Assembly (NCBI GenBank): GCA_039715015.1
Contig: JBDLIE010000008.1
Coordinates: 20,660 to 84,659 of the forward strand
Reading direction: 5' to 3'
Source of the DNA: Thermodesulfobacteriota bacterium
GTDB lineage: Bacteria > Desulfobacterota > Desulfobulbia > Desulfobulbales > SURF-16
DNA: 64,000 nucleotides
Shown: in pieces, positions 28,062-36,423 of the stretch
Layout: every line of letters starts with the position of its first letter
Position numbering within the stretch: the first letter of the stretch is position 1
Position numbers and translations under genes: made by a program
Notes under the pieces: model-generated
The model's input: the letters and a program-made list of their open reading frames with translations, nothing else
Databases searched by the model: none
Told to the model about the DNA's origin: nothing

Positions 28062-29107
28062 TTCTTCTTTCCTCGTTGTTTGCCATTCTTATCTGAGGAA
28101 TTTTTTTGTTTTTTGTCTTGCCGGGGTTTTTTGCTTCTGTTTTGCTGGCGCATCTTCTGGGCCAGAGGCTCCCAGGTGGAGCGCGGCAGGTCAATGGTTG
28201 CAGAGCGGTCTTCCGAGTCAAGGACGGTGATCGATTCTTCAAGGACGTTATGCTTGATCACCTTCATGGGCTTGTTGTCGATGGTGATGATTTTCCCGCA
28301 GCGCGGCATTTTTCGTCTGATTTCCTTGTACATGGGAAATTCATAGGTAAGACAGCAGAGCAGGCGGTTACAGATGCCGGAGATTTTGGAGGGGTTGAGG
28401 GGCAGGTTCTGCTCCTTGGCCATCTTAATGGAAACAGCGGCAAAATTATCAATGTAAGAGGAGCAGCATAACTCCCGGCCACAGCTGCCCAGGCCGCCGA
28501 TCATTTTTGTCTCGTGCCGGACACCTACCTGGCGCATCTCCACCCTGGTTCTAAACTCCTGGACCAGATCTTTGACCAGGGCGCGAAAGTCCACCCTGTT
28601 TTCTGCGGTGAAATAGAAGATGATTTTGCTGCCATTAAAGAAGCGTTCAACCTTGATGAGCTTCATGGCCAGGCCATGTTTTTTGATGAGTTCGACGCAG
28701 GACTTGAAGGCCTCCCCCTCCTTTTCCATCAGACGGGCATACTTCTCCCTCTCATCAACGTTGCAACGCCGTTGGATTTTTAGGGAAGGTTTGAGGCCGG
28801 CAAGTTTGCCTTCAAGAACAGGCTGGGGGCCCAGGCCAACAATGGTGGCGGGTTCCGGGCCGTGATCGGTCACCACCATGACATCTTCATCGCTATGAAG
28901 GTCCTGGAGCTTGGCTCCGGCGGTAAAGATTTGATCGTGGGCGCGAAAACGGACCTTGTACCATCTGTCAGATGGTTCCGGTGGCTGCTCTGGTTTTTCG
29001 GGGCCCTGGGATTCTGCTGTTTGGGTCATGGCTATATATGGGAACTGAAACCGGAATGAACTCAAAGAGTTGCCGGACAGCAACCTTTGGATTCCTCTTG
29101 GTGTCAC
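28058..29107 (-). CDS. ricT: PSP1 C-terminal domain protein (RicT/YaaT family)
   Basis: PSP1 domain with Cys cluster (GGLGSCGRELCCSSY). GTG start, with an alternative internal ATG at about 29029. It overlaps the metG start. Confidence 0.8.
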   Translation of the reverse strand: MTPRGIQRLLSGNSLSSFRFQFPYIAMTQTAESQGPEKPEQPPEPSDRWYKVRFRAHDQIFTAGAKLQDLHSDEDVMVVTDHGPEPATIVGLGPQPVLEGKLAGLKPSLKIQRRCNVDEREKYARLMEKEGEAFKSCVELIKKHGLAMKLIKVERFFNGSKIIFYFTAENRVDFRALVKDLVQEFRTRVEMRQVGVRHETKMIGGLGSCGRELCCSSYIDNFAAVSIKMAKEQNLPLNPSKISGICNRLLCCLTYEFPMYKEIRRKMPRCGKIITIDNKPMKVIKHNVLEESITVLDSEDRSATIDLPRSTWEPLAQKMRQQNRSKKPRQDKKQKNSSDKNGKQRGKKK

Positions 29108-29136
29108 ATTCTAAGGTGTCTGTTAAACATCAACCA

Positions 29137-30135
29137 TTAACATTTTTCCCTTAGCAAGGCAAAGAAAAGAACCTCGCAGACCAGGGTGCGGTTGCAGTTA
29201 CGCAGGAGCTGGCGGCGGGCCTGGTCGATATGGTCGATGGCGGCCAGCAGGCCGGATTGGCTCCAGTGGTGCTGGCCATCCTCAAGAAGAGCCGCAAGGT
29301 CATGGTTGATGAGCTGCCCTTTTTTTTCAAAGGCAAGCACAGTGAGGTCACGCAGCCAGGTGGTGAGAAGGTCAAAAAGCTCGCCGAGATTTTCCTTGAG
29401 GGCAGCGGCCTGGGCAGCCAGACCATAGACCAGATCAACCGCCTCGGGGCTGCTTGGGTCGAGGTTGGTCAGGGTGTCGATCATCTCCCTGCGTAACTCA
29501 AGAAGGCCCATGCCGTCCAAAAGCACGGCCCGGCCAGGGCTGCCCTCGGCCACAGCGGCTAAGGTCAATGCCTGGCTGGAGGCCACCTCCGGGCTGAGCA
29601 GACCGGCAACCTCTTGGCAGGTTAAGGGTGAAAAGGGCACGAGCTGACAGCGCGATAGAATGGTGGGCAGGATGCCGCCCGCCTCATCGCCGGTGAGAAC
29701 CAGCAGGGTGTCAGGTGGCGGTTCCTCCAGGGTTTTAAGCAGGGAGTTTGCCACCTCGGGCCGCCGCATGGTGTCGTGGATGTCCGGCAGGATCACCACC
29801 CTGGTTTTAGCCTCAAAGGGGGGGTAGGTCAGGTCTTTTTGCAGTTGGCGAATCTGGGCAATTTTGATGCCTGCCCCCTGGGGTTCAATAACAAGAAGAT
29901 CGGGGTGGTTGTCAGAGTTGAATTTCTTGCAGGAAGGGCAGCTGCCGCAGGAATCATTGTTTGCTGGCGAAGTGCAATTTATAAAGGCGGCAAAGGCCCG
30001 GGCCAGCATTTTTTTACCCACGCCGCTGGGACCCTTGAAGAGGTAGGCGTGGCTCATCTTTTCCTTGGCAAAGGAGGAGAGGAGAAAGCTTTTGGCCTTG
30101 GTCTGGCCTATGACAGTGGAGAGAGGTATAAGCAT
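29137..30135 (-). CDS. holB: DNA polymerase III subunit delta'
   Basis: AAA+ clamp-loader motifs (HAYLFKGPSGVGKKMLARAFA, Zn module CGSCPSCK, SRC motif LSRCQ). The holB-ricT-metG order is conserved. Confidence 0.85.
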   Translation of the reverse strand: MLIPLSTVIGQTKAKSFLLSSFAKEKMSHAYLFKGPSGVGKKMLARAFAAFINCTSPANNDSCGSCPSCKKFNSDNHPDLLVIEPQGAGIKIAQIRQLQKDLTYPPFEAKTRVVILPDIHDTMRRPEVANSLLKTLEEPPPDTLLVLTGDEAGGILPTILSRCQLVPFSPLTCQEVAGLLSPEVASSQALTLAAVAEGSPGRAVLLDGMGLLELRREMIDTLTNLDPSSPEAVDLVYGLAAQAAALKENLGELFDLLTTWLRDLTVLAFEKKGQLINHDLAALLEDGQHHWSQSGLLAAIDHIDQARRQLLRNCNRTLVCEVLFFALLREKC

Positions 30136-30206
30136 AGTGTAATTTTTTATTTGATTACCCCCATGTTTCAGCCATTATCTCATCATCAGGCGACAAATAG
30201 GGACCT

Positions 30207-30331
30207 GTAGGAGCTCACCCCTGTGAGCGATGGACTACCTGGCGAGTCAGAGTTGTCTCTTTATCGTCCGCAGGGCCGGGTGCCCCGCAGGAGATAAGCG
30301 AAGACTTCAAATACCCTTGGCGTCCTCCTAC
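30207..30331. repeat. GTAGGAGC-bounded palindromic miniature repeat (copy A)
   Basis: GTAGGAGCTCACCCCTGTGAGCGAT ... GCGTCCTCCTAC with terminal inverted GTAGGAG ends. Confidence 0.6.
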
Positions 30332-30464
30332 GGCACCATCCCAGGAAGGTGGCTGAGATTAGATGGAAATCAGAATTTTTTATAGCAAGGCGCCCTGTGG
30401 AAACTCTTTTGAGGAAGAGTAGCAGGCCCTTGCAGGTTGTCAAGTTCTAACCTATCTTGCCAGG

Positions 30465-30887
30465 ATGAACAGTTTCAAACTCCATCGTTGGTTTTTAGTT
30501 TTTCTCATCATGGCGGTAATTTGTCTGAGTGGCGGCTGCTCGTCCGGCTCCGGCGCGATAACACGTTTAACATTGCACTCCTTGGTTGACGAGGGGACAG
30601 CCCCGGTTGTTGTTGATGTCCGTAGTGGAGGCGAATATGCCGAGGGCCATATCCCGGGCGCCATCCACATCCCTTTCTATTCCGTCGGCAAGCGTCATGC
30701 AGAGATCAGCTCTGATAAGGATAGCCCTGTGGTGGTTTATTGCGCCCATGGCCCCCGGGCCTGGTGGGCTTCTTTTGTCTTACGCCGCAAGGGTTTTAGC
30801 CGGGTGGCCATCCTGGAGGGCCATTTTAAAAAATGGCAGGAAAGCGGCTTTATCCCTGATAAAAAAAGCACTAGATTTTTTGAATGA
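30465..30887 (+). CDS. rhodanese-domain lipoprotein (sulfurtransferase-like)
   Basis: Lipobox LSGGCSS and rhodanese active-site loop CAHGPRA. Confidence 0.8.
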   Translation: MNSFKLHRWFLVFLIMAVICLSGGCSSGSGAITRLTLHSLVDEGTAPVVVDVRSGGEYAEGHIPGAIHIPFYSVGKRHAEISSDKDSPVVVYCAHGPRAWWASFVLRRKGFSRVAILEGHFKKWQESGFIPDKKSTRFFE

Positions 30888-31062
30888 TCTTAGCTGGTTG
30901 TCCTGTGTGAGCTTCTTTTGCTATCATCTTTCTGTTTGCCAGGCCTGGCAAATACTGTATGTCTAAAAAGTGAAGTTGCGGCATCTTGTCACACCTCCTC
31001 GGCCTTCTGGCCAAGATATGGACCAGGGGATGTTATGGGACGATGTACCGTCATGTGAAAAT

Positions 31063-31100
31063 AGCCATATGGCTATTTGGCGCTGGCCATATGGCTATTT
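31063..31100. promoter_or_regulatory. tandem palindromic operator-like sites upstream of the decahaem cytochrome gene
   Basis: GCCATATGGCTATTT occurs twice (31064-31078 and 31086-31100), 22 bp centre to centre, about 310 bp upstream of the 31412 start. Confidence 0.4.
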
Positions 31101-31411
31101 TCTTCTGGTTAGGTTCAGTGTGCCCGGATTTCTCTGGCATTCCCTCTTTCTTTCAACTTGTTAATCTTACATGAAAATTTTCCCAAATTGTGACAATTTG
31201 TCGCAGCGGCATTGGTTTTGCTTTATGGCAACTATACTTTGATCTCTCGACCATGACCTCCATCACAGGGTTTGTGGTTTTAGAATTTAATATCTCCAGA
31301 GTGTCTTTGAACCGCTTGATTTTATCAAAAAACAACACGGGAAAAGGAGGAATCCCAAAATAATTGGCCACAATCAATAAAGAAAAGAAATACTAGTGCT
31401 AGGAGAGAAAA

Positions 31412-33301
31412 ATGATAAAAAAAGGAGCATTACTATGCGCCCTGGTGATGACAGTGGGCCTTGGCGCCCAGGATGTCTTTGCAGCTAAGCCCGTAGATAA
31501 TGATGGTGATGGTTACAACGCAAGCGAGGATTGTAATGATTCTGATCCCACCGTTTGGGTCCTCAACACCTGTGGCAGATGTGAAGTAGAGCCCGTAGGA
31601 GGTTTTTGTCTGCCAGACATTAACCCCAATCATGCAGATATAACCGGTACCTTTAACACTCCGGCAGAAGTCACCGCCAAATGCCTTGAGTGTCATGCTG
31701 CTGAGGGTTTTGCCGCCGCTAACTCGTTACACGGTATGAAGCCCACTGCCGCACCCAATGTCACAAACATGACCCGCGATAGCCAGAAGTTAAGTGAGAT
31801 TAATACATTCTGCAGCTATCCTAACCCAGATATGGCAGGGGCCGCCTGTCTCGGCTGCCATCCTACCTTAGGCAAGACCGAAAATCTGGTTGCCGCAGAC
31901 CTCGACTGTCTGCGCTGTCATAATGACGCCTATGCCCGTGCCTTTCCAGGTGATCCTGATCCCGCCAACCATGATACTATTATTGACTGGCAGGGAACCG
32001 AAAAAACCTATATCCCAGCTGACCGGGATGATGTCACCGGCGAGTTCTATGTCGCCTTTAAGTGGGCTTCCATGCCCGGTGCTACCGCCCTTGACCTGAT
32101 CAAAACAGCCCATAAGCCCACCACCAAGACCTGTCTGAGCTGTCATGCCAAGGCCGGCGGCGGTGACTGGACCAAACGCGGCGATATCGGTCTGTCCACC
32201 AAGGATCCTTCCAGTGCGGAAGATGTCCATCTGGCCTCTGTGGCCAATGGCGGTGCTGGCCTGAGTTGTTCGAGCTGCCATGTGCCATCAAGCCACGCCG
32301 TTCCTGGCCGTGGTATTGATCTGCGTCCCACTGAGGGCGGAGCTGTGAAGGCCTGTATCGAGTGCCATCCTGGCATGGATTCAGGTGGTCATGCTGCTGC
32401 CGGCGCTCGGGTTGAGCCGGATCGCCATACGCCGCGCGTTGCCTGTCAGTCCTGTCATATCCCTGCCTTTGGTAAAGGAGGAGCCACTGAGATGTCGCGT
32501 GACTGGACCCATCCTGAGTGGAATCAGGCCCTGTGTAGTGGTCAAGGTGCCTGGGCTGGTTTGGAGCTTAAGGAAGCCAATGTTGCTCCGAAACATGTCT
32601 TTTTTGACGGCACCAGTTATGTCTACGCCCTTGGCGAGACCCTGTCCAAGGTTGATCCTATCAGCGGTCTTGATCTGGTGGCGGATGCCAACGGTGACGT
32701 CAATGATGCCTTTGGAGTCAGCAAAATGGTGCCCATTAAACGTCATTGGTCCAATATGGCGGTGATGAGTGACGGGCCTGATGCCGGTAAGGTCATTCCT
32801 TATGATGTGGTTTGGCAGTTTAAGACCGGTCTTGCTGACGAGGCAGCTGAAAGAGGTAAGGCGTATGCCGGTTACGTCGGAAACCATGAGTGGAAGAAGC
32901 TGGAAGCAGAAATGGCCATTAACCATGGCGTAAGCCCTGCTTCTGATGTGGCTGAGTGTACCAGCTGTCATCATGCCAGCGGTGACTTCCTCGTCGAAAC
33001 CACAAGTAAGCTTGATGAGCTTGGTTATGCCCTCAAGGATGCCGATAAAAACGGTGTTGTTGATGCGGCAGACAAGGCCATGATCTGTAGCCAGTGTCAT
33101 GCCGAGAAGAGCCTCAAGCGTGACTGGGAGGGGATGCATAACCATACCGGAAAAGGCTCCGGCATCGGCTGTACCTTCTGTCATGACATCGAGCGTCCTG
33201 AGCGTGGCTTAAGTGAACCCTGTAACCCTGATGGCACCGAGAACACCGCTGCCATCAATGAGTTCGTTGACACCAACTACTATGATCACTGTACCCCATA
33301 G
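31412..33301 (+). CDS. secreted decahaem c-type cytochrome
   Basis: Signal peptide and 10 CxxCH motifs (CLECH, CLGCH, CLRCH, CLSCH, CSSCH, CIECH, CQSCH, CTSCH, CSQCH, CTFCH). N-terminal Asp-rich DNDGDGYNASEDCNDSDP motif. Confidence 0.85.
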   Translation: MIKKGALLCALVMTVGLGAQDVFAAKPVDNDGDGYNASEDCNDSDPTVWVLNTCGRCEVEPVGGFCLPDINPNHADITGTFNTPAEVTAKCLECHAAEGFAAANSLHGMKPTAAPNVTNMTRDSQKLSEINTFCSYPNPDMAGAACLGCHPTLGKTENLVAADLDCLRCHNDAYARAFPGDPDPANHDTIIDWQGTEKTYIPADRDDVTGEFYVAFKWASMPGATALDLIKTAHKPTTKTCLSCHAKAGGGDWTKRGDIGLSTKDPSSAEDVHLASVANGGAGLSCSSCHVPSSHAVPGRGIDLRPTEGGAVKACIECHPGMDSGGHAAAGARVEPDRHTPRVACQSCHIPAFGKGGATEMSRDWTHPEWNQALCSGQGAWAGLELKEANVAPKHVFFDGTSYVYALGETLSKVDPISGLDLVADANGDVNDAFGVSKMVPIKRHWSNMAVMSDGPDAGKVIPYDVVWQFKTGLADEAAERGKAYAGYVGNHEWKKLEAEMAINHGVSPASDVAECTSCHHASGDFLVETTSKLDELGYALKDADKNGVVDAADKAMICSQCHAEKSLKRDWEGMHNHTGKGSGIGCTFCHDIERPERGLSEPCNPDGTENTAAINEFVDTNYYDHCTP

Positions 33302-33323
33302 TTAGTTAAGCATACGTTCTCGT

Positions 33324-33359
33324 AAAAAAAGGCCGCCCCGCAAGGGGTGGCCTTTTTTT
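33324..33359 (+). terminator. rho-independent terminator after the cytochrome gene
   Basis: AAAAAAAGGCCGCCCCGCAAGGGGTGGCCTTTTTTT. Confidence 0.75.
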
Positions 33360-33541
33360 ATGTTCTTCACAAATGAGCGTGGAATTTTTGTCGTTAGGAA
33401 CGTCTTTTTGCAGTTCTTTTTTAAACGAGTAGCAGCGACGCGGGTGAAAAGGAATAAAAGGATATTGCTGCTAAAAAGATCAATGCAACAAACAACTCTC
33501 CCGCGCTAACCCGTGAAGAGCCTTTTTTGAAGCACGATGCT

Positions 33542-33625
33542 GTAGGAGCCCGGCCCTCCGGGCGATTAGAAGCAATTTTTCAGCTCAAGCCTTCCCTCGT
33601 ATCGCCCGGAGGGCCGGGCTCCTAC
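33542..33625. repeat. GTAGGAGC-bounded palindromic miniature repeat (copy B, two inverted modules)
   Basis: GTAGGAGCCCGGCCCTCCGGGCGAT ...50 nt... ATCGCCCGGAGGGCCGGGCTCCTAC. Confidence 0.75.
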
Positions 33626-33802
33626 AAATTAAGCTACTCATGCAACCATGCGCTATAACGATAAATGGTGGGCTGAGTTTCGTTGGTAAGCACATTTTTT
33701 TATGTATCACATAAAACCTTGAAAGCAGCTGGACCCAGCGGCGACCAGGGCCATATGGTGTCATAGCCAGCAGGCCGCCGGCAATATATTCCTCCTCATA
33801 TC

Positions 33803-36163
33803 CTAAAAGCGAAACTGAAAGCCGCCGCCAAAGCCGAAGTCGGAGTGCCAGTTGCCCACCAGGGAGAGGTTTTGATCCAGGGTGTATCTGAGGCCGGTGC
33901 CGCCCTGCCAATCCTCCACCGTGTCATACTCTACCTCGCCATAGAGAGAGAGGCGGGGGGTGAGGTCAAAGCTTTTTTCCAGGCCAATCCTCGCTTCGCC
34001 ATCCGTGTCAAGCCACATGGTTGATTCGATATTCAGCGGCAAAAGATAGGTGAGACCTGCCATGGCCCGGCTCCTTTCAAACTCGTCCTCAGCGTCGCCC
34101 TCAACATACTGGCCGATAAAGATGGTGGTGAAACGGTTAAGGTAATAATCCCAGCGCAGCTCTCCTTCCCACTCATTTTCATCAACATCCTGCCAGCCCC
34201 CTTGCCATTCGGCAGAAATGATGTGGCGGGTGTTGCTGGCCATCAGGATTCCTTCCGTCATCTGGCTGAGCAGGTCAACCTCACCCCAGAAATACCAAGG
34301 GTCCTTGTAGAGGTTGGGGCGGACAGCCATAACCTCAGGGCCGGGATTGAAGTTGTCATACTCCACCACCCGGGCCATGCCGCTTTTCATGTGATAGAGA
34401 AGATGGCAGTGGAAGAACCAGTCGCCCGCCTCATTGGCGTCAAACTCAATGACCGTGGTGGACATGGGCGCCACATCCACTGTGTGTTTTAAGGGAGAAT
34501 AATCACCCTGGCCATTGACCACCCGAAAGAAATGGCCGTGCAGATGCATAGGGTGATGCATCATGGTGCGGTTGATCATGATGAAACGGGCAACTTCCCC
34601 TTCCTTGATTTGGATGGAGTCACTCTCTGCCAGGGTTTTATTATTCAGGGTCCAGATGTAGCGCTCCATATCGCCATCAAGGGTGAGACGGATTTCCCGC
34701 ACCGGTTTTGCCTCGCCTGCAAGGGCGGTTTTGCGGAGGGCCCGTAGTTCTTTGTATGGCGTGAGGGGGCGGCGTGGATCCATGCCATCAACAGCCAGTT
34801 CAGGGGCTGAAGCGATGTCAGGTCCCAGGATGCTAAAATTGGCAGCAAACTGCTTGCCGCCTCTTGCCGGAGCTTGTGGCCGGCCATGGGCCATGGCCAT
34901 GGAATGTTGCTGGTGGCCGTTAGGGCGGGCCATCTGGTGTTGGGAGTGGTCGGTCATTTTGTGCTGCTCACCCCTGTCATGGCCGGCATGACCAGAAGGG
35001 TGGCTGGTATTGCCGTGGCCCATGCCATCCATGCCCTCCATGCCTGCCATGCCGGGCTTGTCGAGGTCACCACGATCCACCTTGGCGTCTTCCATGCCCA
35101 TGGAGCCTGCCGGGGTCAGGGCAAAGACATCTGCAAGATTGAAGTGGCCCATGCCTTGATAGAGGTTGGGTTTGGGAAGATTGGTGGCATAGGTCTTATG
35201 GCCTGCACCAAGCCAGACAGAAGCGTAGCCAGAGCCGTCATGGGCCGTGGCCCGCAGTTCATAGGAGCCATGGGCAGGCATGGTGATAAGCACATCATAG
35301 GTCTCGGCCACACCGATCAAAAAGCGGTCTTTGTCAACAGGTACAACCCGTTGGCCGTCTGCGGCAATAATGGCCATGGGGCCGCCGGCAAATTCCAGGT
35401 GGAAATAGGTGGTGGCTGAGCCGTCAATGATCCGTAGCCGTATCGTTTCTCCCGGCAGAGCCTTTAAAGAGGTCTCGGCCTGACCGTTGGCAAGAAAGCA
35501 GTCATAGGCGATGTCGGCAATATCCATGGGCGGCATGCGCTGTAATTCCCTGGTGAAATAGTCGCCTAGTTTACCGGCCTTTGCAGCACCGAAGATGCTC
35601 TGGCCGCTGCCCTTTTCAAGGGCATACCATTCGCTGCCCCGCTTCAAGGTGCGCAAGACAGCATGGGGGTCCTCATCTGTCCAATCTGAGAGCAGGATCA
35701 CATGGCCGCGGTCCGCCTTGATGTCAGGTTGGGGTGGGGCGATAACAATGGAACCGTAGACCCCCCGCTGCTCCTGGAGGCTGGTGTGAGAGTGGTACCA
35801 GTAGGTGCCACTCTGACGGATGGGAAACTCGTAGGTAAAGGTGGTGCCGGCGGCAATGGGGGGAAAACTGATATTGGGCACACCATCCATCTCAGGAGGC
35901 ACCAGAAGTCCGTGCCAGTGGATGGAGGATTCCACATTCATTTTATTGTGCACCTTGATGCGGGCAAAATCACCTTCCTTGAAGGTGAGAGTGGGGCCGG
36001 GAATGCTGCCATTGATGGTCATGGCCTGGGCTGGCTGGCCAGTGTAATTCATCTCTTTTTGCTCAAGGGTCAGCTCGTACTCAACGGTGGCGGCTTGTAG
36101 CAAGAATAGGGGGGGAAAGAGAAAAAAAATAAAAGAGGTAAAGGAGAAAATTTTCAAATGCAT
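33803..36163 (-). CDS. multicopper oxidase (CopA/PcoA-like) fused in one ORF to a CopB/PcoB-like outer-membrane domain
   Basis: Signal peptide. Cupredoxin copper ligands (HWHG, WYHSH, HPMHLHG, HCHLLYHM). A Met/His-rich segment (MGMEDAKVD..GMAGMEGMDGMGHG..). A C-terminal ~230 aa resembling PcoB/CopB (WYFWGEVD.., LTPRLSLYGEVEYD, GLRYTL) that ends in an aromatic residue. The ORF is continuous (786 aa). Confidence 0.7.
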   Translation of the reverse strand: MHLKIFSFTSFIFFLFPPLFLLQAATVEYELTLEQKEMNYTGQPAQAMTINGSIPGPTLTFKEGDFARIKVHNKMNVESSIHWHGLLVPPEMDGVPNISFPPIAAGTTFTYEFPIRQSGTYWYHSHTSLQEQRGVYGSIVIAPPQPDIKADRGHVILLSDWTDEDPHAVLRTLKRGSEWYALEKGSGQSIFGAAKAGKLGDYFTRELQRMPPMDIADIAYDCFLANGQAETSLKALPGETIRLRIIDGSATTYFHLEFAGGPMAIIAADGQRVVPVDKDRFLIGVAETYDVLITMPAHGSYELRATAHDGSGYASVWLGAGHKTYATNLPKPNLYQGMGHFNLADVFALTPAGSMGMEDAKVDRGDLDKPGMAGMEGMDGMGHGNTSHPSGHAGHDRGEQHKMTDHSQHQMARPNGHQQHSMAMAHGRPQAPARGGKQFAANFSILGPDIASAPELAVDGMDPRRPLTPYKELRALRKTALAGEAKPVREIRLTLDGDMERYIWTLNNKTLAESDSIQIKEGEVARFIMINRTMMHHPMHLHGHFFRVVNGQGDYSPLKHTVDVAPMSTTVIEFDANEAGDWFFHCHLLYHMKSGMARVVEYDNFNPGPEVMAVRPNLYKDPWYFWGEVDLLSQMTEGILMASNTRHIISAEWQGGWQDVDENEWEGELRWDYYLNRFTTIFIGQYVEGDAEDEFERSRAMAGLTYLLPLNIESTMWLDTDGEARIGLEKSFDLTPRLSLYGEVEYDTVEDWQGGTGLRYTLDQNLSLVGNWHSDFGFGGGFQFRF

Positions 36164-36423
36164 GATGCGCTAACCTCCATGCTGAATTATAAAGATCAAG
36201 GACTTTATCTAAAGAAAATATTAGGGGAAATCTATTGTTAAGTAAATAGTGGATAAAGATAGACCTACGTGAGAGTTTATTTCGTTTTTTAGAAGAATGA
36301 GGTGTGGCATCTATTTTTCTTAAAATAATCAAGGCGTGGTACCATGAGTTTTCAGGCTAAAAGGTTAAGCGCTAAAAGGGGTAACCCCTCACCCAAATGT
36401 AAACGGGGTGCTTTGCAGGAGGT

